The notes beneath the pieces were generated by a model, which saw nothing but the letters and a program-made list of their open reading frames with translations, was not told the DNA's origin and ran no database searches. A DNA stretch of 24,000 nucleotides, taken from Thermoprotei archaeon (GTDB lineage Archaea > Thermoproteota > Nitrososphaeria > Geothermarchaeales > JDFR-13). Made by a program: the position numbers and the translations under genes. Location: NCBI GenBank assembly GCA_015661745.1, contig DQVL01000094.1:9769-33768 (forward strand), read 5' to 3'. Numbering within the stretch: the stretch's first letter is position 1; each line of letters starts with the position of its first letter. Below are positions 1 through 9,479 of this stretch, in pieces.

Positions 1-695
1 AAGGTAAAATAGATATAGGTGTGTCCTTTGATGGAGATGGAGACCGGGGAGTAATCTTTGATGGACATGGAAAAATATATTGGGGAGATGAAATTGGAGT
101 TATCGTATCTCTAATTCTAAAAGATTACCTTGGAATAGATACTGTTGTGACACCTATTTCCTCAAGCACAATTGTAAATGACGTTCTTACCAAAGCGGGA
201 GTCAAGGTTATATGGACTAAGGTCGGCGCAAAAAATGTGGTAAACTATATGCTACAAAAAAAGATAAATTTGGGATTTGAGGAGAATGGTGGATTGATAT
301 ATCTACCTCACATAAGTGGTCGAGACGGACTTATAACTTTACTATTTACTTTAAAGGCGATTGAAAAAGAAAATACTAGTATATGGGAGATAAGAAATAA
401 ATTACCTAAGACATACATCATAAAACGGTCAATATATGTTGAAAATGATAAAAGTAAAGTCTTTAATATGTTAAAAGAAACTATTCAAGCTAAATATGAT
501 AAAGAAATAGAGGATACTATAAATATAGATGGGATTAAACTTTTCCTCAAGGATAAAGTATCTATCTTAATTAGACCTAGTGGAACAGAACCTAAAATTA
601 GGATATTTACCGAGGCAGATACTAAAGAAAAAGCTGATAAAATATCTTCAGAAATTATTGAAACTGCCTTAGAATTGATGGAAAAACTCGCCTAA
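1..695 (+). CDS. Phosphohexomutase (phosphoglucosamine mutase / phosphomannomutase family), C-terminal part; 5' end lies outside the window
   Basis: The frame is open from the window edge (..GKIDIGVSFDGDGDR..). It carries the metal-binding loop FDGDGDR typical of alpha-D-phosphohexomutases and the C-terminal motif IRPSGTEPKIRIF (consensus RxSGTEP). Stop codon at 693-695. Confidence 0.85.
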   Translation, partial: GKIDIGVSFDGDGDRGVIFDGHGKIYWGDEIGVIVSLILKDYLGIDTVVTPISSSTIVNDVLTKAGVKVIWTKVGAKNVVNYMLQKKINLGFEENGGLIYLPHISGRDGLITLLFTLKAIEKENTSIWEIRNKLPKTYIIKRSIYVENDKSKVFNMLKETIQAKYDKEIEDTINIDGIKLFLKDKVSILIRPSGTEPKIRIFTEADTKEKADKISSEIIETALELMEKLA

Positions 696-1649
696 TCAAT
701 CGAATGTATGTATATAGCCTGTTGGTTCTATCCTAATGAATTTTCCATTGTATTTAACATATACTCCAGACCCTTCATAAATCCTTCCTATCCTCACTAA
801 ACCATATTTTTTTAAACTTCTTTCATCTATTTTATCACATATAAATATGCCTCTATATTCCTCACCACCATAAAATACATACTTGATTAATCTCTTGATG
901 TCATCTTGGTCATCAAATAAATTTAAGAGCTTCTTATGAGCTGGTATGTTATCTACGACTATCTTAACATTCGACATACTACTTATTGTGTTTAGGGACC
1001 TAGCGAGTCCATCACTGGAGTCTATAGATGCAATTACTCCCAAATCATTAACTATAGAGGGATAGAGATTTAGATTTGGAGAGGGATAAAGAAATTCGTT
1101 TATGGCTTCATCATATATATCTATAAAATCTAAAGGATTCTTTATTCCCATAAGAAAATCGAGACCTAGTCTGGTCAGCCCAAAATATCCATCTACATAT
1201 ACATACATACCGGGAGATGCTTTAGACCAAAGAGGCAACTCCTTCGAACCCAAAGAAACAGTAAAGACTGATATAAATGGATCCTTTGTATAATTTGTAT
1301 CCCATTTATAACACCCATTTACACCATACTTCTTAAAGACCCGATCTAATCCAAACTTAAACTCCCTCAGGATATATCTTCTAACGATTTTTAATCCAAT
1401 AGAGATTCCCACCGATAATGGATAAAGCCCTTTTATATAAATATCACTTAGCGAGGCTAACACAGCTTTATATATAGTGGAGCGATAAGGCATTAATACT
1501 GGCTTATCAGTACTAAAAACATAAGAATCAATATTGGTATAGATATTAAGATTAAAATCTTTAACATATTTTTTTGCCACATCATCCTTTAAACATGACT
1601 CAATATGAAAAAAAGATATTATATCATCTTCATTTAAGACATTCATCAC
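696..1649 (-). CDS. thiL: Thiamine-monophosphate kinase-like protein (PurM/AIR-synthase superfamily)
   Basis: 317-aa ORF. IASIDSSDGLARSL resembles the ThiL DISDGL motif and GGEEYRGIF resembles the ThiL GGEDYELL motif. The N-terminal SLSDIYIKG resembles the SD(l)aamG segment. No search was run. Confidence 0.6.
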   Translation of the reverse strand: MMNVLNEDDIISFFHIESCLKDDVAKKYVKDFNLNIYTNIDSYVFSTDKPVLMPYRSTIYKAVLASLSDIYIKGLYPLSVGISIGLKIVRRYILREFKFGLDRVFKKYGVNGCYKWDTNYTKDPFISVFTVSLGSKELPLWSKASPGMYVYVDGYFGLTRLGLDFLMGIKNPLDFIDIYDEAINEFLYPSPNLNLYPSIVNDLGVIASIDSSDGLARSLNTISSMSNVKIVVDNIPAHKKLLNLFDDQDDIKRLIKYVFYGGEEYRGIFICDKIDERSLKKYGLVRIGRIYEGSGVYVKYNGKFIRIEPTGYIHTFD

Positions 1650-1708
1650 CGGAATATAATAAATGAATAAAAATTAATAATTGAGTAGCATAAAACATAA
1701 GTATATGA

Positions 1709-1800
1709 GCCCCGGTAGCTCAGCGGTGGAGCGGCGGCCTTGTACAGCTGTGTTAACTAAAGAGAGCCGCAGGTCGGGGGTTCAAATCCCCCCCGGGGCT
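1709..1800 (+). tRNA. tRNA-Thr (anticodon UGU) with a 20-nt intron at the canonical 37/38 position; no encoded CCA
   Basis: Acceptor GCCCCGG/CCGGGGC, D stem GCTC/GAGC, anticodon stem GCGGC (1734-1738)/GCCGC (1766-1770). The loop is C-T-TGT-A, then the intron, then A. T arm is GGGGG-TTCAAAT-CCCCC and the discriminator is T1800. It forms a GC-rich island in AT-rich DNA. Confidence 0.88.
1745..1764 (+). other. tRNA-Thr intron (cagctgtgttaactaaagag)
   Basis: This is the sequence left between nt 37 (A1744) and nt 38 (A1765) once the 5-bp anticodon stem is paired. The central helix CTT(G)/(A)AAG gives only 3 of 4 pairs, so the bulge-helix-bulge (BHB) motif is relaxed. Confidence 0.7.
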
Positions 1801-1876
1801 CTATACAATGTATTAGGTATATAAAATTAAACAAATTATGATTATGACTTAACTAATATTATTTAGATGATAGTAA

Positions 1877-2617
1877 ATGAATGATTTTTATAACATTTAC
1901 AATCCAAGTACAGACGACATAATAAATGCATTTAACATAGCAAGAAAAAATGGATATGTACTAATATTAGTTGGAAATTTTTCGATATACTATAAAGGAC
2001 GAGCAACATCCCAAATATCTACAGGTGATAGGATTCTGATACTAAAGGAAGACGGTAGTTTAATAATCCATAGACCAAAGGGATATAAACCCGTAAACTG
2101 GCAACCACATACAGATAGGATTAAGATTGAACAGAGAAATGATGATCTAATAATTTCTTTCATTAGGAAGAAGCCTAGAGAAACCGTATCTATAATTTTA
2201 AATAAAACATATGTGGTATATTATGGTAAACTAAGGGATATAGCAAGATTTGAGATGCATCTCACTGAAGAAGATTTAAAAAAATTTCTAAAAAAGCATC
2301 CTGAATATATTGACGACGGAATAAGAATAACAAGAGAAGAATATGATATTGGCATCGGTAAGATAGATCTCTTAGGTAGAGACAGGGAGGGAAACATTGT
2401 AATCATAGAATTAAAGAAGGGTAAAATAGGGAATACCGAGGTTCTTCAATTGAACCGTTATGTTCAACATTATAGAAAAACAAATCCACGGGTTAGGGGT
2501 ATAATAATTGGATCATCCATAACAAATTCAGCAAAAATTCTTATTGAAAATCTCAAATTAGAATTTAAAAGGATTGACTTAAGAAAAATATCAACTATAA
2601 CGTCCAAAAGCGATTAG
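1877..2617 (+). CDS. nucS: Endonuclease NucS / EndoMS (mismatch-specific, RecB-like nuclease)
   Basis: 246 aa, the typical length. The N-terminal half-barrel region reads GRATSQISTGDRILILKEDGSLIIHRPKGYKPVNWQP. The C-terminal RecB-like core reads GKIDLLGRDREGNIVIIELKKGK ... QLNRY. Confidence 0.85.
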   Translation: MNDFYNIYNPSTDDIINAFNIARKNGYVLILVGNFSIYYKGRATSQISTGDRILILKEDGSLIIHRPKGYKPVNWQPHTDRIKIEQRNDDLIISFIRKKPRETVSIILNKTYVVYYGKLRDIARFEMHLTEEDLKKFLKKHPEYIDDGIRITREEYDIGIGKIDLLGRDREGNIVIIELKKGKIGNTEVLQLNRYVQHYRKTNPRVRGIIIGSSITNSAKILIENLKLEFKRIDLRKISTITSKSD

Positions 2618-2690
2618 ATATATATATATTGGGAACCTTCAATATAGTTATGCTTAAAAGATATGGTATAATGTATCTTGGTGGAGGAAG

Positions 2691-2939
2691 ATGCAGGAGG
2701 GAAGAAATACAGAAATAACTAAAAACCCCTTAGCTATTATATATAGACATGTTGGAGAAGAAATAACAGTAATTCTGAAAACTGGAGAGAAATACTCTGG
2801 ACTGCTAAGTAAGGTTGATAATTACATGAATCTACTTATAGAGAATGCTGTTGAGGAAATGGGAGAAAAATCTACTAGATACGGAACTGTTCTTATAAGG
2901 GGCAACAATATTCTTTTAATTAAGCTAAATAGCTTATAA
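2691..2939 (+). CDS. Sm-like (LSm/SmAP) RNA-binding protein
   Basis: 82 aa. Sm1 motif: ITVILKTGEKYSGLLSKVDNYMNLLIENA. Sm2 motif: VLIRGNNILLI. GGAGG lies at 2683-2687, just upstream of the ATG. Confidence 0.85.
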   Translation: MQEGRNTEITKNPLAIIYRHVGEEITVILKTGEKYSGLLSKVDNYMNLLIENAVEEMGEKSTRYGTVLIRGNNILLIKLNSL

Positions 2940-2960
2940 AACAATGAAAAATCATTAAAG

Positions 2961-4172
2961 GTGAGAAGGAAAGTGATTGGGATTGAGACACTTATGAGAA
3001 AACCTGTTAAGAAAATGAAAATCGAACTTGTAGAGAGGAAGGGATTGGGACATCCCGACCATATCATCGATGCCGTATGCGAGGAAATATCTAAATCCTT
3101 AAGTAGATATTACCTTAAAAAATATGGGATGATTCTACATCATAATGTAGATAAGGGATTAATAGTAGGGGGAGAGTCGGAGCCAAAGTTTGGCGGGGGA
3201 GTATTGACAAAACCAATTGAGATGTATATAGCTGGAAGAGCGTACTATGAAGAAGAAGATGAAGTACATGACATAGCAAAAGAAGCCGTTAAGAAATATA
3301 TTAGTGAAAATTTTATGCATTTAGATCCCATAAAACACATGAATATTTACATTTTACTTAGGAGGGGAGCCAGTGAACTTGCAAGCCTTATAAAGGCAGG
3401 AAAAATTCCATTATCCAATGATACCTCTTTTGGAGTAGGTTATTATCCTTACTCTCCATTGGAAAAGATAGTTTTAGAAATAGAGAAGTTTTTAAATAGT
3501 AGAAGAATTAAAGAGGAATTCCCATATATAGGAGAAGATATAAAAATTGCTGGATTAAGGATTAATAAAAAGGTCAATTTGACACTAGCCATTGCTATAG
3601 TTGATAGATATGTTAATGGTATAAGGGAATATGTCAGAATAAAAAAAGAGATCCTAAATCTTGTAGAGGATTTTATTAGAAACGATGAAGAATTTGATGA
3701 ATATAAAAGCAAGATATTCATGAATACAGCAGATAATTTAAAAACGAAGAATATTTACTTAACAGTTACTGGAACATCAGCTGAAATGGGAGATGATGCT
3801 AATACAGGCAGAGGGAATAGAGTTAATGGATTGATAACTCCTAATAGGTTTATGAGTCTAGAGGCAGTGGCAGGTAAGAATCCAATTAATCATGTAGGGA
3901 AGATTTATAATGTTTTAGCTTTTGAAATAAGTAAGAAAATTTATCTAGAATTAAGTGATTATATCGAAGAAGTTTATGTAAGAATACTGAGTAGAATAGG
4001 ATATGAGATAACAAATCCCCAGATAGTCAATGTAATGTATGTACCAAAGAAAAAAATAAAGAAGAAGGTTTTGAACTACGAAATACAACGGATAATAGAA
4101 GATAATTTCACGATTGATCGATTCAGAAATTTAACGAAAGAGATTCTAGAGGGCAAATACTTGCTATTTTAA
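2961..4172 (+). CDS. mat: Archaeal-type S-adenosylmethionine synthetase (methionine adenosyltransferase)
   Basis: Contains the [10 protein letters not shown] signature of the archaeal MAT family and is about 400 aa. The start is uncertain: GTG 2961, GTG 2973 (AGGTGA lies 8 nt upstream) or ATG 2994. Confidence 0.9.
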   Translation: MRRKVIGIETLMRKPVKKMKIELVERKGLGHPDHIIDAVCEEISKSLSRYYLKKYGMILHHNVDKGLIVGGESEPKFGGGVLTKPIEMYIAGRAYYEEEDEVHDIAKEAVKKYISENFMHLDPIKHMNIYILLRRGASELASLIKAGKIPLSNDTSFGVGYYPYSPLEKIVLEIEKFLNSRRIKEEFPYIGEDIKIAGLRINKKVNLTLAIAIVDRYVNGIREYVRIKKEILNLVEDFIRNDEEFDEYKSKIFMNTADNLKTKNIYLTVTGTSAEMGDDANTGRGNRVNGLITPNRFMSLEAVAGKNPINHVGKIYNVLAFEISKKIYLELSDYIEEVYVRILSRIGYEITNPQIVNVMYVPKKKIKKKVLNYEIQRIIEDNFTIDRFRNLTKEILEGKYLLF

Positions 4173-4184
4173 CTGCACAAATTT

Positions 4185-5084
4185 TCATTTAATTAATTCA
4201 AAACCATATTTAGAAAGCAATTTTATAACGGACTTATATTTAACATTATACCTTCTAATGAAGTATCTTACTATGTTCTTTATATCTCTATTTAATAATT
4301 CTTGTGCCCTGGGGTCATCTGATCTTACCGCTTGAGGCCAATCGATGAATACCACCTTTTTATTTCTCAAGATGAATATATTAAATTGACTTAAATCTCC
4401 ATTAACATATCCAAGATCATAAATTACTTTTATTCCACTAATAATTTGTTCTAAAAAATTATTAACTTCATTTTCCTCTAAGTCAATATCATTTAATAAC
4501 ATACCATCCAAGAAATCCATTAACAACATATGCATAATTCTATAAACCGGCCTCGGAACAGATGCTCCTCTTAAATATAAATACCTCAGAATTTCAAACT
4601 CACGTTTAGCCGCGTAAATATTTCTATATATCCATGGAGTCCATTTTTCAACAGGTCCATATTTCCTTTTTTTCCTTACATGCTTGAAGCTTATACGTCC
4701 CAGTCTAAAAACTTTTAATGAATATTTTTTATCGTCATATCCAAGCACTTCAATTATATCCGATTCTTTACCAACGCCTATTTGCCTGCCAACACCCCTA
4801 ATTAATCCCCTATCCGAAAATTTTTTTAGGGCTAGAAGATCTGCCCCTCTAGTATATAACCGTATTCCTTCATAAGGCTGCTGGAAAAACTCGACCAAAC
4901 CATATCTATTTAATTTTCTAATACATTGTCGTAAATAATCTTCCTTAAATAATTTTTGCCTAGTAAGGAGCTCTAGGGGAACCCGTTCGTAATTTCGAGA
5001 ATAATAAAATACTTTTTTAAGAAGCCACCACTCACAACCAGATAATTCTTTAGCATACATAACAATTTTATTTAATCCAACCAT
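4185..5084 (-). CDS. rio2: RIO-type serine/threonine protein kinase, Rio2 type (N-terminal winged helix)
   Basis: Nucleotide loop GVGKESDI, catalytic NGDLSQFNIF (consensus HGDLSeyN) and metal-binding loop IDWPQ. An N-terminal stretch of about 90 aa resembles the Rio2 winged helix-turn-helix (wHTH) domain. Confidence 0.88.
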   Translation of the reverse strand: MVGLNKIVMYAKELSGCEWWLLKKVFYYSRNYERVPLELLTRQKLFKEDYLRQCIRKLNRYGLVEFFQQPYEGIRLYTRGADLLALKKFSDRGLIRGVGRQIGVGKESDIIEVLGYDDKKYSLKVFRLGRISFKHVRKKRKYGPVEKWTPWIYRNIYAAKREFEILRYLYLRGASVPRPVYRIMHMLLMDFLDGMLLNDIDLEENEVNNFLEQIISGIKVIYDLGYVNGDLSQFNIFILRNKKVVFIDWPQAVRSDDPRAQELLNRDIKNIVRYFIRRYNVKYKSVIKLLSKYGFELIK

Positions 5085-5131
5085 CTATTTTCAACACCAT
5101 AATTTAAGAACAGCAACTGAAGAAAAAATTT

Positions 5132-5812
5132 TTGATGAGAGTAACAAGAGGTTACTATATGGATATAAATATCATAAAAAATCTATATATTAAGCAAGAT
5201 ACACCAATATCAACGGGATATAATGAACTGGATATCATGTTAGACGGAGGGATAAAACCGTATAACTCATACCTAATATATGGAGAAGCGGGTGTAGGGA
5301 AAACATTACTACTATCAAAAATAATAAAAGAGGCAATAAAAGGGAGAAATAAAATTTTTATAGCTACCTATAAAGATGATATATTAAGAAATATTGATGA
5401 TAAAATTAAGGATAAGTTATCCAACTTAATATTTTATATTAGACCAAAAAACTTAGAGAAACTAATTAAATCTATGGAGGACATACTAAAAACTCCTGAA
5501 ACGAGAAGGTTAATTGCAATAGATGATTTAAATCATTTAATAGGTAATAAAGATGGTTCCGAATCTAAGGATCTACTTAAATTTATATGGAGTTCTAAAA
5601 AATTAGTAAATAGATGGGGAGCCTCATTAATTATCGTTACTGGAATTTCTCAGATTGTAGGTAACATGAGCTTTTATATACCAAAGGGATTATCTAGATA
5701 TAAACATGTATTCAACTACATATTGATAGTCACAAAGGTAGATGATAAGACAGTCCGTATATCAGATATAATTAGATCTAAATCAGCTATAATTGAGATA
5801 TTTAGAACCTGA
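5132..5812 (+). CDS. RecA-superfamily ATPase, RadB/KaiC-like
   Basis: STGYNELDIMLDGGIKPYNSYLIYGEAGVGKT (Walker A) and RRLIAIDDLNHL (Walker B); about 220 aa. TTG 5132, ATG 5135 and ATG 5159 are all possible starts. I cannot tell RadB from a KaiC-like paralogue by eye. Confidence 0.7.
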   Translation: MMRVTRGYYMDINIIKNLYIKQDTPISTGYNELDIMLDGGIKPYNSYLIYGEAGVGKTLLLSKIIKEAIKGRNKIFIATYKDDILRNIDDKIKDKLSNLIFYIRPKNLEKLIKSMEDILKTPETRRLIAIDDLNHLIGNKDGSESKDLLKFIWSSKKLVNRWGASLIIVTGISQIVGNMSFYIPKGLSRYKHVFNYILIVTKVDDKTVRISDIIRSKSAIIEIFRT

Positions 5813-5858
5813 AAATTTCAATATATTTCAATATATTATTCTAATTATAAGTATAGTA

Positions 5859-6206
5859 ATGAAGAAATTTAGTGTTCTAGACGCGAAAAAAGTGTTATAT
5901 AGTATTTTGAATGGCGAGTTAGATAGAAAAAAGGGATTAGAGAAACTGGCTAGCATTAAAACAAAAAATAAAGTATTAAAAGGCTATATTTTTGGTGTTA
6001 CCTCTATACTTGACAAAAAATATAAGAGATACTCGTTTAATGTAGAAAATGCAAATCTTAAAGACTTGAAAAGGTTAGAAAAAATAATGTCTGAGTTGGG
6101 AAATAACAGGTTCCTTTCTGATTTCGAAAAGGGATATTTCCTATCATGGAAGGACTATCTCCAATATATTCTACGAAAATTAGGGAGGGGGATATATAAC
6201 CAATAA
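5859..6206 (+). CDS. Hypothetical protein, lysine-rich, soluble
   Basis: The track ORF is 5793..6206; the first ATG (MKKFSVLDAKK..) is at 5859. No motif recognised. It is co-directional with the ATPase gene upstream. Confidence 0.5.
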   Translation: MKKFSVLDAKKVLYSILNGELDRKKGLEKLASIKTKNKVLKGYIFGVTSILDKKYKRYSFNVENANLKDLKRLEKIMSELGNNRFLSDFEKGYFLSWKDYLQYILRKLGRGIYNQ

Positions 6207-6470
6207 GTTATATAATAGAGCCCATATAAACAACCATATAAAGGAGAAGGCCCCTATACCTTCTAAAAATACAAGTTTGATATCATACCTTGATTCTCTT
6301 AACACCCATTTATATGATATGTAAATTGTAACTAAATACGTTATCGACATTATAAGAATAACAAAACCAAAATGAACCAAACTAAATTTAACAAATCCTG
6401 ATATCATACCACCCAATATTCCTAGGGATAGCCTTAACAAGTATATTTTCCTATCTAGAGTCATCGTCAT
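6180..6470 (-). CDS. Small integral membrane protein (about 3 hydrophobic helices)
   Basis: 96 aa with three long hydrophobic stretches: LSLGILGGMISGF, FGFVILIMSITYLVTIYI and GIGAFSFIWLFIWALLY. No family recognised. Confidence 0.55.
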   Translation of the reverse strand: MTMTLDRKIYLLRLSLGILGGMISGFVKFSLVHFGFVILIMSITYLVTIYISYKWVLRESRYDIKLVFLEGIGAFSFIWLFIWALLYNLLVIYPPP

Positions 6471-6503
6471 AATTTTTAATTAATCAACGTTACATATTAA
6501 AGG

Positions 6504-8405
6504 ATGGGAATGACTACAATAATTCTTACGGCATCGACACTCTATAAACTATTAGAACAATTCAAAAATGAAACTGAATACCATATATCGAAACCTAGAT
6601 TTAGGAAAATAGAAAAAATTGATGAAACGACTTATGCACTTACTTTACATACAAACAAGGGTAAATACGTTCTTCTGATAGACTTAAAGAAAAAGCTTTT
6701 TACATTTGGTAAATTAAAGATAGAAAATTCTTATAATGATAAGCTAACATCTTATCTAAACAGAAAAATAAAGAACCGAAAAATAACTTCAATTAATCAG
6801 CATAACTTGGATCGAATCATCATTTTTGAAATAGATAATGAGGATGGGTATCGAATTATTTTCGAACTTTTTGGAGCTGGAAACTTAATCATTACGGATC
6901 ACAATTATAAGATAATAAATGTATATAAAGAATTTGATACAAAAAAACGGTCTCTAAAAAAAGGTGGGATCTATATTCTACCACCAGAGCGTATCCACTT
7001 ACTTATAGAACGAGCTAAGCATGGAAAAATTATAACAAGAAAAGACCTCTTTAGATATGCTATAACTGACCCACTAACTCTCAATTATTTAATTAACACT
7101 GACAGGAAGGAGTTTGACATCTATGAGATAAAAAATATTTATGAAAGAGCTAAAAAACTTATAGAAAGAAGTCTACAAGATCCATGTATATACCTTTATA
7201 GGGATGGTGAAAAATTATATGTACATCCTTACATCCTTCAAAAGGACGTCATATATGGAAGAATATGTGGCATCGACAAAATAACAAAATTTTTAATAGC
7301 AAATATTACATCCAAGGAAGATGAGTATATACAAAAGATATCAAAGATGAAGGAAAGATTAGAAAGAAGAATAAATGAACTAATAAATGAAAAAGAAAAG
7401 ACTGTTGAAACTTTAAATGAAATGTATGCTTTCGTAGATGACCTTGAAATAAAATTTGAAAAAGTGAGGCGAGGGGAAGATATAGAGAAAATTGGTATAT
7501 ATGATGTAGTTCGAATCGATAGAAAAAATAAATATCTAGAATTAGAGAGAGACGACATTACTGTTAAACTTAGATATGACGTAAACCCGTATTCATCTAT
7601 AAGTTTTGCATACAACAAAGTAAAAAGTTATGAAGAAGCTATAAGAAATCTAGAAAAAGAAATTGAGGAACTGAAGAAAAAGATTGAGGATGAAAAGAAA
7701 AGAAGGACTACAGATACTGTACACTATAAAAAGACATTATCTAAGAAATGGTTCGAAAAATTTATTTGGAGCATATCCACAAACGGGTTCCTAATTGTAG
7801 CAGGGAAAGACGCGACAACTAATGAGATACTAATAAAAAAATATTTAGATAACACGGATATAGTGTTTCATGCTGAAATAGCTGGAAGTCCATTTACTTT
7901 ACTTAAAGATGGAAATAGAGCTAACACCGAAGACATATATGATGCGGCTCTTATAACGGCTGCATATAGCAAAGCATGGAAAGTCGGAGTATCAACTATT
8001 CCTGTATATTACATAAAACCTGAGCAAATTAGCAAGAAGACTCCCTCGGGAGAATATATAAAAAAGGGAAGTTTCATGATTTATGGTAAGAAGAATTATC
8101 TTAAAGATATTCAATTAGAGTTATTTATAAGTGTATTTAACTATGAAGAGACTAGAAAGATCTTAATAGGAAGTAAAAATTGCATTCTTAATCACTCTAT
8201 CAGTAACCAAAAAAAGTTTTTCCGTTTGACTCAGGGAAAAATATCAAAGAGTCAGGTAGTCAATAAGATAATTTCAGAATATACGCGGCAAGGTTTACTT
8301 GATGAAGATTTTAGAGAATATTATAAACAAGATTTAATGAATAGACTCCCTACTGGTAAATATAGAGTTGAAATAATAGATAAGAAAATATTACAGGAGT
8401 CCTAA
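6504..8405 (+). CDS. NEMF/RqcH/FbpA-family protein (NFACT domains, ribosome quality control homologue)
   Basis: 633 aa. It has an N-terminal FbpA/NFACT-N-like region, a central KE-rich coiled coil (EEAIRNLEKEIEELKKKIEDEKK) and a C-terminal DUF814/NFACT-R-like segment (GFLIVAGKDATTNEILIKKYLDNTDIVFHAEIAGSPFTLLK). Confidence 0.8.
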   Translation: MGMTTIILTASTLYKLLEQFKNETEYHISKPRFRKIEKIDETTYALTLHTNKGKYVLLIDLKKKLFTFGKLKIENSYNDKLTSYLNRKIKNRKITSINQHNLDRIIIFEIDNEDGYRIIFELFGAGNLIITDHNYKIINVYKEFDTKKRSLKKGGIYILPPERIHLLIERAKHGKIITRKDLFRYAITDPLTLNYLINTDRKEFDIYEIKNIYERAKKLIERSLQDPCIYLYRDGEKLYVHPYILQKDVIYGRICGIDKITKFLIANITSKEDEYIQKISKMKERLERRINELINEKEKTVETLNEMYAFVDDLEIKFEKVRRGEDIEKIGIYDVVRIDRKNKYLELERDDITVKLRYDVNPYSSISFAYNKVKSYEEAIRNLEKEIEELKKKIEDEKKRRTTDTVHYKKTLSKKWFEKFIWSISTNGFLIVAGKDATTNEILIKKYLDNTDIVFHAEIAGSPFTLLKDGNRANTEDIYDAALITAAYSKAWKVGVSTIPVYYIKPEQISKKTPSGEYIKKGSFMIYGKKNYLKDIQLELFISVFNYEETRKILIGSKNCILNHSISNQKKFFRLTQGKISKSQVVNKIISEYTRQGLLDEDFREYYKQDLMNRLPTGKYRVEIIDKKILQES

Positions 8406-9413
8406 CTCCTGGCGCCTGTCAATCATAAATTCCGTATCTGGTCCTGTCGAAATAAGTGATACGGGGACCTTCAACTCATTTTCTATTTTTTCTATAAAAT
8501 TCTTTGCATTTATTGATAGATCATCAAATTCAGTTTTTCCATAATCCTCTTTGAAAAGGATATCTAATTTGGTTAAAGCTATTTGAGTTGGACTATTCAA
8601 CATTACAGCCCTCTTTGCATAATTAAAGTTAAATGGAGCAACACGGCGTATCCTACCTGTCACCGTAGCTATTTCAATTAGACCACGTGTTCTAGCTTCC
8701 TTTTCTGTAAACTCATTTTCTAGTGGCCCCCCACCTACTCTTGTCACATAAGACTTAAAAACTAAAATTACATCATCCACTCTTTTTGGACCTACTCCAA
8801 CATCAGAGCAGAAAGCTGATGCTGTGACGTCCTTGGAGGTTACATATGGATAAGTACCATGGTATAATGATAGATAAGTCCCCTGAGTCCCTTCAATAAT
8901 AACCTTCTTATTACCATCTAAAGCAATATTAATCTCTAAGGATACATCCTTTAAAAAATTCTTTAATTCGGGAACATCCCTAGCTAACTTTAACTTTCTT
9001 AATACACGATCTTTCATCGCAGCACCACACCCCGTTTTTGTGGAACCAATTTTCTTACTTAGATATTCAGATTCTCTTTCTTCTAGGATATGTCTATCCT
9101 CAATAATTCCAGCCTGGTAGTCTACATATATACGATCTTTAACATCTGTGATAGTAATTTCCTCTAATAACCTAGGGGGATATATTAAAACGCCAGCTCC
9201 AATCATTAACCTTGACCTCTTGTTAACAAAGCCACTGGGAATCTGCCTCAACTTATATTCTTTTCCTCTGAATACAACTGTGTGACCAGCGTTGGGACCA
9301 ACCCCGGCTCTAACAATAATGTCAGCATCATCCTTTAGTGAGAGATAGGATACGACTTTTCCCTTTCCAGTATCACCAAAAAAACCGTCGACAACTACTG
9401 ACAACATATACAT
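8391..9413 (-). CDS. purA: Adenylosuccinate synthetase (short archaeal form)
   Basis: GDTGKGKVV (P-loop, consensus GDEGKGK), GPNAGHTV, GSTKTGCGAA (consensus TTxxGIGP) and a C-terminal TKLD guanine-specificity motif. 340 aa. Confidence 0.9.
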   Translation of the reverse strand: MYMLSVVVDGFFGDTGKGKVVSYLSLKDDADIIVRAGVGPNAGHTVVFRGKEYKLRQIPSGFVNKRSRLMIGAGVLIYPPRLLEEITITDVKDRIYVDYQAGIIEDRHILEERESEYLSKKIGSTKTGCGAAMKDRVLRKLKLARDVPELKNFLKDVSLEINIALDGNKKVIIEGTQGTYLSLYHGTYPYVTSKDVTASAFCSDVGVGPKRVDDVILVFKSYVTRVGGGPLENEFTEKEARTRGLIEIATVTGRIRRVAPFNFNYAKRAVMLNSPTQIALTKLDILFKEDYGKTEFDDLSINAKNFIEKIENELKVPVSLISTGPDTEFMIDRRQELGLL

Positions 9414-9479
9414 CCACCTTAATACAAATAGGAAAACTCAAATTTATTGTAGAATTAATGGGTTAAAGATTTATTAGGG

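Noticed and set aside
2618-2629. (AT)6 microsatellite after the nucS stop
   Set aside because: It is short and expected in AT-rich intergenic DNA. It could at most serve as a TATA-like element for the Sm/MAT genes, about 60 nt downstream, but I cannot support that.
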